Assembly (NCBI GenBank): GCA_030324005.1
Contig: JARDVH010000115.1
Location: forward strand, 44,261,277 to 44,325,276
DNA length: 64,000 nt
DNA from: Negaprion brevirostris
Taxonomy: Eukaryota
Reading direction: 5' to 3'
Positions 11,081 to 22,685 of the stretch are shown one piece after another. Made by a program: the position numbers and the translations under genes. The notes under the pieces were generated by a model. It was given only the letters and a program-made list of their open reading frames with translations. It did no database searches and was not told the origin of the DNA. Numbering within the stretch: position 1 is the stretch's first letter; each line of letters starts with the position of its first letter.

Positions 11081-12384
11081 AAAGGGAACAAAAATCAGGA
11101 GGGTTCTAAAATTGAAATCCTCTGTTCAGATTACTGTCCAGATGGCAACTTTCAAAATGATCCCATTATAGGGCTGAATTTTATACTGAATTGGAAGTGG
11201 GGTGGCAAGTAGAATTTTACCCATGGCCACAGAAACCAATGCCAAGTCTCCAGGCCACCAGGTAGAACCTGATGGCACCATCCCTCAGGAGAAAAGCTGT
11301 AGGTTGGACATTCTGTGCTCTTCAGAGGCTACCCCCAAGATCCTTCAATCTACAGTTACAAAACCGCACTGATGTAAAGAGCAAGAGTGTTCCAACTTCT
11401 GGTTTCCAGTGGCGTATTTGTTTTGGATATTAGTGAGAAATATTGTGGAAATAGCGAAAACCCACTCCACTATTTCATTAAACAACAAATAAAGAATATT
11501 TATTAAGGTACAAGAAAGATAATACAACACGACAAAGAACAATCTTATACTTCGGCAAATTAGCAGTAAGCACGTAGTCCCTCAAAGACTGAAAACCCAA
11601 ATCCATCGATTTCCACCATAACCTTAAACTTTGCTGAGACCCATTTCCCAAACAACAACCATAAACCTATTGGTCAAATCTAGCCAGTGGTTATCAGATG
11701 GTACAGCTTAAGTGTTGAAGGCTTGGGAACGGTCTTCAGTTTAGCAAAGGAGATGATCTTTTGCACAGACTGTCTTGCCTTTAGCATGTCATCTCTAACC
11801 AAGCTGTTTCCTGAAGATGGCTACCTCTCCCTCCCTCTCTGCTGCTGCTTCTTCAATACCCCATTTGTGTCCAAACTGCTTCCCAATTCTCAGCACAGAT
11901 TACTCTTATCAATTACAAATAACAGCCTGTTCCTTTCTATTACCCTTTTCTAAGGTGCTGCCCAGACTGATTTTACTTGTGCAAAATAAATACTCATTTT
12001 AATAGCATCCAACACTACTTTTACCCACCCCTCCCATGCTGGTGATCCTGCTCCATCATCCCCCTCAGCGGGGCCTGCCAATCCTGAAGGCCCAAGCCCA
12101 TGGCTTCTCCCCTTCAGAACTTCCTGCAAGTCCTATTGTTGGCTATCTTTTCTGGTGGCAAAGCTGGAATAAGGTGGCTGCCAGCCACTGGATTTGCGGA
12201 ATCTCTTGTAGGCAGGGCTTCTTCTCCAATGAGGACAGATGGCCCAGCTCAAGCGTAAAATGACTGGGGCAAGCGCAAGCGGATTCATCACCCTCTCTCG
12301 GGCCAGGGGCCATCGATCCTGTCCTCCACAGAAAACTCAGCCCATGATCTATAAAAAGATGGAAACTATGTAGCACTTGGAGTA

Positions 12385-12920
12385 CAGGACTTGCTCATGA
12401 CCCATGTCAGTAAAACCTATAAACAGCTTTTTTACCTTGACCATACGAATTCTTTGAAAAAAATAACAGAAGTGGGCGGATAAACATCCTGCAGCGTGTA
12501 CTACTTAAAAGGATTTTCAAAACATATTTGATAAGGTACCACATAAAAACTGGTTGCAAAAGTGGCACATTAAATAGGAAATACACAGTCTAGAGAAATG
12601 CTGCATGGAAACAGAGAATGAAAGGTCATGGTTAAAGGGAAATGTTCACAATAGAAAGACATTAAAAAGGATGTGTGTCAGACTTGTTATCATTGTAACC
12701 TAGCAACTGAAGGGATAATCAAACTTCACTGACAGAAAATTGGAGGAAATGTGTCAAATTGTGATAAAGATTGTGAGAGTGCAGGAGATTTTAAATAGAA
12801 TGGCAAAATGGACAGACGGATGTCATCTACAGCTCAATGTGAAAACATGAATGGTACTTCAGTTAAGAATAATGCAAAGAAATATACTCTTAAATAAAAC
12901 TTTAGAAGAAATTAAATCAA
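12385..12920 (+). mobile_element. Old CR1 reverse-transcriptase remnant
   Basis: EFFEKIT..DFQNIFDKVPHK motifs (cf. DFQKAFDKVPH) and a later WTDGCHLQLNV (cf. WQM.FNV). Confidence 0.65.
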
Positions 12921-12999
12921 AGGAGATGGCCTTCGCTGGCAAGACCAGCATTTATTGCCCATCCCAAGTTGCTTTTGAGAAGATGGTGAGTATCCCCGC

Positions 13000-13812
13000 T
13001 CACTGTCCCAAGTCCTAAACACCCACTTTCAGGAGAAGCAGTGCTTCACATGTGCCTCCTTCAATCTGGCCTATTGCATTCGCTTCTCCCAATGCATTCT
13101 CATCTACGCCAGAGAGACCAAATGCGGACTGGGAGATCGCTTTGCTTAACACCTTCAATCCATTCATAAGCAGGTCCCAGACTTCCTGTCACTTGGCATT
13201 TCAATATACCACTCTGCTCTTCTGTCCACACGTCTGTCCTTGGCCTTTTGCAATGTTTTGGTGAATCCAGATATAAACTGGAGGAACAGCATTTTATCTT
13301 CCGATTGGGCACTTTACAGCTTTCTGCACTGAAACAACTTTAGAGTATGAACATCCCCCTCCACCTTCACCCCATTTCCATTTATTTTATTTCATTCTGT
13401 TTCTTCTTTTTGTCTCATTCATTCTTTTTTATCATCATTCTTTCTCTCTTTCATTTTTCCACTTACCCATTCCAGGTCTCTTTCTTGCCCCCTTCCCTCC
13501 AATCCTTTTAGGGCAACTGCCTTAACCGTCTGTACTTCTTCCATTCACATACTCCAATCACTTAATGGATGTTTTTAGTACCTCTCTCAAGCATCTTCAT
13601 CCTCATTTACATTCTCTTTGTTCTATTACGGCCCCCACACCCTCATAGTGTAAATCTTGCCTCATTTTTGTTGTTCTTCGCTCTGACGAACGGTTACCCA
13701 AACTAAAAGCATTGACCCTATTCTCTCTCCGCAGATGCTGTCAGACCTGTTGAGATTTTCCAGCATCTTCTGTTTTTGTTTCATATTCTAGCATCCACAG
13801 TATTTTGCTTCT
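13000..13812 (+). mobile_element. Penelope-like element: GIY-YIG endonuclease 3' end plus terminal repeat
   Basis: FTCASFNLAYCIRFSQCILIYARETKCGLGDRFA*H ... SVLGLLQC....RYKLEEQHFIFRLGTLQ is the Penelope GIY-YIG C-terminus. It is followed by a pyrimidine-rich stretch and the terminal repeat CTGACGAA...CAGATGCTG..AGACCTG.TGAG. Confidence 0.85.
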
Positions 13813-14329
13813 ATCAGTCTGTAATTTAGTTATCAATCAGTTATGATATCTAGTCAAGAATTATTCAATTCTGACCCTACAGAAAAGGTCAGTTTTTTTT
13901 TCTCCGCAAACCAAACAAAACACAAGATGCTCTTGATGTGTTGAATAATTCCTGAATGCACATTCAGTAGTCATAGTGTTAATGCTTGAGAATATGAAAT
14001 CATGTGGAAAATATATTGTACTCTACTAGCTCACTTTTATATTATTTCCTCCCTAGGTACATAGACATTTTTCTTCAGGTGATATGCAAATATTAGTCTC
14101 TCCAAACTCCAAAATACAATAGTACGTATGTAGATGTATTAAAAAGATGAAAAACACCTTTGGTGGAAGTCTTTCACTGGTGCTGTTCACTTTCAGCCAG
14201 TGAAAGATTTTCACACAATGTATTTTTCATCTTTTTTTATCCATTTGCATGTGTTATGTTATACTTCATCCAAGACACTGTTTCCCATTTCCACTCTGCT
14301 TCAATAAACCAGTCAGTGAGAATCCAACT

Positions 14330-15500
14330 TGTTATTAGGCAGTGCCTTGAGATTAAGGATGACTTGGTTTTCCTGGCTTCTAAAATGGCTGAAAAGTCTA
14401 AACTGTGATGTTCAGACATTTTTGCACACGGGGAACAGGCAGTGCTTAAAGGCTCAGACAGATGAACTGTTAGGAAGCTTGTGCACCAATGCCACTGCAT
14501 CAGCTCTGCATGTTCCTAACAAATTCTCTTGATGTGTTTGATGCTTTCATAAACCTTCCCCATTTTGACCAGTCACAAGCCAGGCATACCGCTGAGTCAG
14601 CTGGGATTTCTGACTTCTTCAGGGTGCCTTTGAGAACATCCCTAAAGCGCTTCCTCTGTCCTCCTGGGCATTTCTTACAATGACCAAGTTCTAATCAAGA
14701 CAGTTGCATCAAGAGTCAGTGTCAGGCATACAGATGACATGTCCTCTCCTGAGGAGCTAGTTTTGACAGATTAAAACCTTAATGCCGGATCTGTTGGCTT
14801 GGGAGAGGGCACTGCTGTTTAATGTCTTCTTTAGCACTGAATATAGAGGATTTTTGCGAAGGCTGCACTGATACTTCTCCAGTACTTTGAGTGCTGTAAG
14901 TTGTCCAAGTCTTCAATTCATATCAGAGCACAAGGCTCAGTCCTGCCCAGTAAACCATGACCTTCATCTCGGGTTTGCCATCATGGCCCTCAATTCGGCT
15001 AAAGGCTGAGCTGCCATCTTGGAGGCAATGATGACTTTTGCCATTTGCCTTTGTCGAGAACAGGTTTCCAAAATAACTTTAGACCAACTCATGTAAGATT
15101 CTTTGACATAATTTCCTCAGCAATCTGCTAATATGTCCAGTGGAAGAGATTTAAACTGCTCCCTTCACCTTACAGCATAATTACTAACCATAGAGGTGTC
15201 TCCCTTCTGTCTGCAACATTTTCCAAGATCTCGCCATTGATCTTAATCAACATGGGAAATGTTGTGCTGTGAAAGTTAGTTCGAAGAGGATCTTAGTTTT
15301 CTGGGTGTTTAGTTGAAAGGCCCATTTGTCAATTGTTTGGTGAAAGAATTGATTCAGTTTCCATGAGTGTGCACACAAGAATCATCTATTCATTGACTAA
15401 GATTGGAATGGTTTTGGTTTTGGATTGAAGGTGGCAGAGTCTGAAAAGTTTCCGATCTGTCCTTGAGAGATCCTATGTATACTTAGCCCTGTTTGCTTCA
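14330..15500 (-). mobile_element. RTE-clade LINE, 3' half of RT ORF (interrupted at 15075-15218)
   Basis: Minus strand reads LNTQKTKIL..IKINGEILEN / YFGNLFSTKA / PGGQRKRFRDVLKGTLKKSEIP and a C-terminal CxxC...LFSHFR zinc-finger-like end. Confidence 0.85.
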
Positions 15501-16132
15501 GTCTATGCAAGGACTTCATTTTAAGATATTTCTGCCTATGCTAACTTGACTACATTTTAAAACTCAGAAGGTATGCTGGGTTAACTAAAAATTGACCGCA
15601 TTCTAAAGTGTACACAACAAGTAAAACAAATTTTGCAGCTGCAATGCTTATTTTTTTCTAGACAGAGACAACATGTGAAGATACTTGCAATAACGAGATA
15701 AGGGCTGAGATATGGTTTAGATTTTAGTGTGTGTTTGTGCTGTTTGTTTTCAAGATCCTGTTCAAGCTCAGTTCAGTGTGTGAAGTACAGGGACTGGCTT
15801 ACTTAGAAGTCAATCTTTCCAAGTTTGCTTTGCTTATACTTTTTATTTCTGTTGTGATTTAATTTTTTTTAAGATCTATTCAGTAAAAGAAATTCATTTC
15901 TAAACTCATACCAGGTGCTGTCCCTTCATCTATTCGAATGAATGAACAGACTGTGCAGCCTTGCAGATTTCATTGCAATTATCTTCCCTGTTGCAGACAG
16001 AAGGGAGACACCTCTGTAGTTGGTAATTATGCTCTAAGCTGAAGGGAGCAGTTAAAATCTCTCCCACTGGACATATTAGCAGATTGCTGAGGAAATTATG
16101 TCTAAGAATCTTTCATGAGTTGCTCTAAAGTT
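15075..16132. repeat. 144-bp inverted repeat pair (15075-15218 and 15989-16132)
   Basis: By-eye alignment of one arm with the reverse complement of the other shows about 10 substitutions and no indels. Confidence 0.95.
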
Positions 16133-16611
16133 AAAATAGCAGTGAATGTTGAGTAAGTTCTGGATCTCAAAGGAGCTGTAAAGATGTCAGCAGCTTACTG
16201 GGAGAAGGAAATGCAGGGAGTAGTTCCTAAAAAAATGGGGAAAGATCCAAAGAAGACCTTTAAGTTAAGCTAGGAAAGATCTTGGTAAGTGAAGTTAAGA
16301 GTGAGGAGCAGAGGAGGGCTTCAAGTTTAAAGTGATAACGCTGCAAGAAGCAGGCTTAAAGCAAAATGTGAGAAGCCAGAGATCCAAGGAGACAGCTGAA
16401 CGCCTGTAACTACTTACTCCTTACTATGGGCTTGTGAAACAGTAGTGTTGGTGTGGCTGAATACCTGAGAGACGTGTGGAATGCATGTAATGGTTCAGTG
16501 GAGAGGAACATTAGAAAGAGAGATCAAAACTTTGAAGTCAATCCTTGTGAAAAAACAGGAGAAAGCAATGTTTGGGAAAAGATTCCAATGCAAGTATTTT
16601 GAACATTGACA

Positions 16612-17020
16612 TTGAAACATAGGAGCATAGAAAATAGGAGCAGGCGTAGGCCATTTGGCCCATCAATCCAGTCCTTCCATTCAATGTGACCATGGCTGAT
16701 CTTTAATCTCAATGCCATACTCCCACAATCTCTCCATACACCTTGGCACCTTTTAGTGTCTAAAAATCTATCTTTTTCTTTCTTAAATATATTCAGTAAC
16801 TTGTTCTCTATAACCTTCTGTGGTCGAGAATTCCAAAGGTTCACCTCCCCTGAGTGAAGAAATTTCTCCTCACCTCAGTTCTAAATGGCCTACCCCTCAT
16901 CCTGAAAATGTGACCCCTTGTTCTAGACCCCAGCCAGCCAGAAAAATCAACAGCTCGCATCCAGTCTGCCCAGCCCAGTCAGAATTTTATATGTTTTAAT
17001 GAGATCCCCTCTCATTTGTC
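16612..17020 (-). mobile_element. CR1 LINE 3' end
   Basis: MRGDLIKTYKILTGLGRLDA / NLWNSRPQK motifs and a typical CR1 3' UTR. Confidence 0.9.
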
Positions 17021-17254
17021 TATTTGAAATCTTCATGTGAAGGGCGTAATTCCAGTGAAACCAGTTGGCTGGCAGTGTGATAAAGTGTGGGGGGAGTTGA
17101 TGAGAGATCCATAGCATCTCTCTGTGGCAGCATCTATCACATGGTTTCAGAACTANNNNNNNNNNNNNNNNNNNNNNNNNNNNNNNNNNNNNNNNNNNNN
17201 NNNNNNNNNNNNNNNNNNNNNNNNNNNNNNNNNNNNNNNNNNNNNNNNNNNNNN

Positions 17255-17530
17255 NCACAGCAGATGGTGGAATTTGAATTCAATAAAAAATATCTGGAAT
17301 TAAGAATCTACTGATGACCATGAAACCATTGCTGATGGTCGGAAAAACCCATCTGGTTCACTAATGCGTTTAGGGAAGGAAATCTGCCATTGTTATCTGG
17401 GCTGACCAACGTGTGACTCCAGAGCCACAGCAATGTAGTTGACTCTCAACTGCCCTCGAGCAACTGGGGACGGGCAATAAATTTTAGCCAGCCCAATGCC
17501 CATGTTCCATGAATGATCTTTCAAAAAAAA
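17255..17530 (+). mobile_element. SINE-B copy (5' end in the N gap)
   Basis: Same body and tail as 10712-11080 (GGGAAGGAAATCTGCC..GTGACTCCAG..GGGCAATAAA). Confidence 0.75.
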
Positions 17531-17559
17531 AGCGTAATTTACAAAATATAAAGTCGTTT

Positions 17560-17686
17560 CCTGGAATTTCACTGTGCTGCCCACCACGGCAATCAGAACG
17601 GGAGAAGGGGGAAGACCATGGAAAGGTCCACTGACCTCAGGTGGGACTTTACGGTTTCGGGATGAGCGACGCCATAAAATCCCACA
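17560..17686. mobile_element. Harbinger-type MITE
   Basis: CTGGAATTT ... AAAATCCCAC ends; internal GAAAGGTCCA.TGACCTC shared with 61399-61517. Confidence 0.55.
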
Positions 17687-18521
17687 GATAAGTTTGGACC
17701 AGCTTATGGAGTCGTGTTCTGGTGTTGGTTAAATATTGCTTCATGAACAAGCTTATTCAAATATATGAACCAAACTACAAGTCAACCGTTCCATGGCCGA
17801 GATTTTCAGGCCCCACTGTGGCGGGTTTCCCATGGCGGATGCCCTCGTCTTCAGCAAGAGTGGCAGATCCAGCCTGTACGCTTGATATTCTTCTGCCAAG
17901 CCCATCTTCATCACTGCTGTTCAGTACTCCAGAGGTGGCTGGGACCTCTGAAGCACAGTTCTGTGATGTTAGCTTCATGTTCTATCTTGCAGAGGGATCT
18001 GGATCGTTCCTGAAAGACAATATGAGTAAAAATCATTAGACAGCCACAGCAAAGGCTTCAGATCCTGGCTAGGGAATTCCTCGGAGCTGCTTCCAGCCCT
18101 CTTGTCATAACTAAGGTCTGCTCCTTTGCCAGCTTACTCATTCAATGTAATTTTTAATCGCTTAACGCGCTTATGTTAGCTTGCATTCAGTGTTGTTCAC
18201 CTATCATTCTCGTACCTGGCGAGCTGCACTGGCTCCTAGACTAACAATCCCTCAAATTTCCCCTCATCCTCATGTTCTGTCCCCTTGGTGGTCTCACCTC
18301 TCTCTATCTCAAGGGCAATTAGGGATGGACAACAAATGTTGGTCTTGCCAGGGACATCCCATGGAAGATTGAAACTTTATTGAAAAAGCTCTGGGACATG
18401 CTCAGCGCTCCAAGAACTCTGTCCGCCTCCATTTTTGGCCTAATAAGCAAATCCAACTTCTTTTAACCCCTGTATCATTGATAGTCACGAGTGGCTTCAT
18501 CCTCCAAGGTTCTAAGTAAAT

Positions 18522-18640
18522 TCAAAATGCTGCAGATGCTGGAAATCTGAAATAAAAACAGCAAGCGCTGGATAAACTCAGCAGGTCTGGCAGCGTCCGT
18601 GGGGAGTTAACATTTTGCATGACTCTCCTTCTGAACTACT
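18522..18640 (-). mobile_element. Penelope-like terminal repeat fragment
   Basis: Reverse complement matches the 13700-13812 terminal repeat. Confidence 0.65.
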
Positions 18641-19077
18641 TCCAGAGAATTCCAGAGATTCACCATCCTCTGAGAGAAGAAGTTCCTCCTCAACTCTGTT
18701 CTAAACTGCTCCACCCCTTATTTATTTGTCCAGTCTACTTGTCTTGTCCAGTCTAACTCCGGCTGGGATTGTAACAAAGCACAATTTTCATCTCAGTGCA
18801 ATTGTACAGATTTGTGATGTTGCTACCAATATCATGAATAAGGGCTTGATTAGGGCAACAACTTCCAAACTGTTTTTGTCAAATTCTTTATAGCAATGAT
18901 AGAAAAGCAACTATGGAGCTGACAATCATCTTGGTGATTTTGTAAAAAAAAGAGCAGAGTGATTAATGATTTTTTTTTGCTAAGTTATCTGTGGCCCACC
19001 CAAAAATGTATAGACGTAAAGTTGGGAGTTGCAACCTTTTTAGAAACATTTACATGTATAATGGGAGATCACGGGCA

Positions 19078-19418
19078 TTTTTTTTAAATTCATTCGTGGG
19101 ACATGGGTGTCGCTGGCTGGCCAGTATTTCTAGTTGCCCTTGGAGGACAGTTGAGAGTCAACCACATTGCTGTGGCTCTGTAGTCATATGTAGGCTGGAC
19201 CAGGTAAGGACGGCAGATTTCCTTTCCAAAAGGACATCAATGAACCAGATAGGTTTTCAGACAATTGAAAATGGCTTCATGCTCATCAGATTCTTAAGTC
19301 CAGGTGTTTTTTATTGAATTTAAATTCCACCATCTACTGTGGCAGGATTTGAACTCAAGTTCCCAGAACATGAGCTGAGTTTCCAGATTAATAGTTTAGC
19401 GATAATGCCACTAGGCTT
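19078..19418 (-). mobile_element. SINE-B copy
   Basis: Near full-length reverse-complement match to the 10712 and 17255 copies. Confidence 0.75.
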
Positions 19419-19519
19419 TCCCAATGTCTGAGATTCTCCATCCATCAACTTCAAAGTGAACAATCTTAGACAGTCCATTGTCATTATTCCTCATGATTAC
19501 CTGGAAGGTGAACTTGTGA

Positions 19520-19756
19520 AAATCAGGTTCCATCACCCTCTAGATGAAAACATTCTCCTCCGCTCTTTTCTAATCCTTTCACAAATTAATTTAAACCCAT
19601 GTCATCTAGATATTGATCTATCTGCTAAATAAAAAAAAGGTCCTTCCTAGGCATTCTAGACAGGCTCTTTGCAATTGTCCACACCCCAATTTCCTCTGTC
19701 CTCAGCCTCCTCTGTTCCAAAGAAAACAACTCCAACTGGTCCAGTCTTTCCTCAGC
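19520..19756 (-). mobile_element. Old CR1 3' ORF2 fragment
   Basis: Minus strand reads LELFSLEQRRLR, a CR1 C-terminal motif. Confidence 0.55.
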
Positions 19757-20446
19757 ACAGCACAGCTATACGAGTACTCAAGATAAAGGACAGCAACAAA
19801 ACACAACAACCGTAGCAGTCTCTATTTTACTTTTCCGAGAGCCGGTAACTGATAGGATCGCGTCTGAGGATTGAAATTGATTTAACAGATAAGCTTGTTG
19901 ATTTCTCATGGCATTGCATTCCATTATTCAACATCAGTATAACATGGTCAGTCATGGATAGATTGCCCATTATACACCATGCTCATGTAGATTATTGAAT
20001 TGGAGCTTGAATATTTTGCAGAAAGTTAATTTAAGAGAATTCATCAGAAAAATCCCACGAAAAAACATAAGCAAATTTGCGTTCTGTTTAATTTCAGAGA
20101 TATTAAAATGTCAAACTGGAAATTTTGAATAAGTCATGATCAGGCTAAATTCTGAGTTCTTCAGTATCTACCTTCTCAATGCATCATTGGGGTGTATTTT
20201 AAAGACCAGCATGCATAGTGATTTATTATACATAGAGATTTTATTCAACAAAGAATCTTTTCAATGATCAGAGGTGTGCAAATATCACACACGTTTGAAT
20301 ACTGAAAACTTGTATTGGAAAATGTTGGCATTTACTCTTCAATATCAAGGCTGACTCCCACTTTAGGAATTACTCCACCTGGAAATGAAAGGATTAACAG
20401 GGCACTCATTCATTAAAGTCAAAGTATTATTTCAAAACAACTCAAA

Positions 20447-20964
20447 GGGCAGGCATTTCCCAGCCCTGGGTCAGCAGGAGTGGAGGCAGAAGTGCTGGGA
20501 AAATAGGAGGTTTTACGTCAAGACAGTTCCTAACAACATTCTGCCAGAAGGAAAAGGCTCCTATGTGCAGGCAGGTGTTGACATTGGCAGCAATTGCCAC
20601 ACCCGCAACCCAAATGCCATTGCCACAGAGATGTCCCTTCCCATCGAAGAGCCTGCACATTGGCCTCTTTGAGGTTGTATTGTGCATTCATGCACAACTA
20701 TACCCCCAATCTTGAGAGTAATCCCATGTTGAGATGTCCACTCGCACAAGCAGTGCTACCTCTCCTGATGGGGCTGCTGCAGCTTCAGAGTAACTTAGAC
20801 CATTTACTTAGCATCAGGAAGCCACTCAACATTCACAATTGATGTGAACTGAGAAGGCATCTCCATGAAAATAATTATCTTGGTCCTGGTCCCGGCAAGC
20901 ACAAGCTCAGGACGCTATTTAGTCCTGACATCAGGATTGTGAAGCATGCAGGACAATCCTGCCC
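20447..20964. mobile_element. 518-bp non-autonomous Harbinger-like element with 3-bp TSD
   Basis: TIRs GGGCAGGCATTTCC / GGACAATCCTGCCC, flanked on both sides by AAA. Confidence 0.7.
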
Positions 20965-22491
20965 AAAGCAACAGATTAGAATGTGCTCTTTTATTGTATC
21001 TATTGATGAGTCTAACTCGTAAACTGTGATAAATCTATTGCATAATTGAACTCAAATGCTAGATTAAAGACAAACAGCTTTGTTATCTTAGTTTAAATTG
21101 GATTACCAGTTGGTTCTTGTTTCAAAGCAGCTTTTCTTCAATCAGAATTTTTGGAAGAAATAATTTGTATTACGATTTGTTTTTCGTTTTATAGCCAAGA
21201 AAGTTTTCTTGATGGTTTTCCAATATATGTATTCAGACTGAAACACATATCTACTGTTGCTATAATGCATTAACTTTTTATCGATGAACTTGAATGGGGA
21301 AATGTGTCCTTTTTGCATAGAGAGAACTATCCAGGCATTGATTCTTCACTTTGAAAACAGATTGCTACATGGTGATCGATGTTGTGCCACTGATTTTAAT
21401 TATTTTACATTTGTTTTATTCCACTCTTCCCGAAGGAAATCAGGGGGTCAGGGTTTTCACTTGCGGATCAGGAAGCCAGCCACCAGAGCTGGTCCAGCTC
21501 CTAACTTTGTCTCGCACTCCATCACTGACCATGATGTTCATTCAAATGGAAATCAGACCGACACCCTGGGGTCAGGGTTAGCAGCATCAGAATTGGCCTG
21601 GAGATGGGACACAGTCCCCCCCGAAACCCTCTGTAAAGGCGTGGGGCAGCCATGAGCCTTCATGGTGGAAGGGGCAGCCCAGGGCCCAAAAGAGCATCAA
21701 AGGCAGATGAGTTCTCAAACGCCGAGGTGCTGAGGCCTTGCAGAAACATGGGCAGACAGGAGTCCATATGGTACCTCTGCACCATTATGAGCACAGGAGC
21801 TCCTGCACTGAAAGAATGCCAGCCTTTTGGAGATTATCTGCAGTGCCACTCAGAGTGGGTGCAGGAGCAGCACACTGGCATGCACAGCATGAGCGAAACT
21901 CTCTGTTGCAGTGAACACTCTGTATCACTACAGGTGCCGAGATGCAAGGAGTCGATGCCAGTTGTGTCACAGCCAGTAGCTTCATTGAGCATGCAAGGGC
22001 ACCATGAAAGGACTGAAACAGTTCAAGAGACTCTTGAGGGGACTGCCCTGAGAATATACTGACATCATCCTTCACCTCTTTGCCAACAATCCCCCACCCC
22101 CAACTCAGGAACCATCCAGGCCTCAAAGACCTGTGAGAAAGACAAATTTTTCACTGACACAGGTGGGCTAGCCTGCGGTGAAGACCCTCCACACCACCCC
22201 CAACCCAATTCTCTATTCCAAGACAGAAATCAAAGCCACAGTATTTCATCTGGATGACAAGACACTGGATCAAGTTACTCCCAACTCATCCTCAACCACA
22301 AGGAGAGTTCTGTGTAAGAATGGGTGTAAACACAAGGTGCCATGCTGTTGCACATGAAGGGCCACCTGAGTGAAGTTTACTTTGCTTGTGTTTGATATGG
22401 CTGGGCACCAGGCTCCATTGCTTGGCCAAGCATATGAAACTTTAAGGACACCTATCTTAAACTTCTGTCAGCTATTACCCACAATAAGAGG

Positions 22492-22685
22492 CCATAAGAA
22501 ATGGGAACAGGAGCAGGCCATTCAGCCCCTCAAGTCTACTCTGCCATTTAATCAGATCTTTGATCTTTGTTCATGGCTGACCTGATATCCCTTACATCTG
22601 ATTTCCTGCCCTTTCCTCGTAACCCTGGAGTCCCTTACTGATCAAGAATTTAATTATCTCAGTCTTAAATATACACAAGGACACT
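22492..22685 (-). mobile_element. CR1 3' UTR fragment
   Basis: CATAAGAAAT.GGA.CAGGAG.AGGCCATTCAGCCC tail as in other CR1 ends in the window. Confidence 0.75.

Noticed and set aside
11352-12012. Possible solo LTR (similar impressions at about 5415-5850, 15673-17155 and 49380-51190)
   Set aside because: Composition is LTR-like, but I could not fix termini or a TSD.
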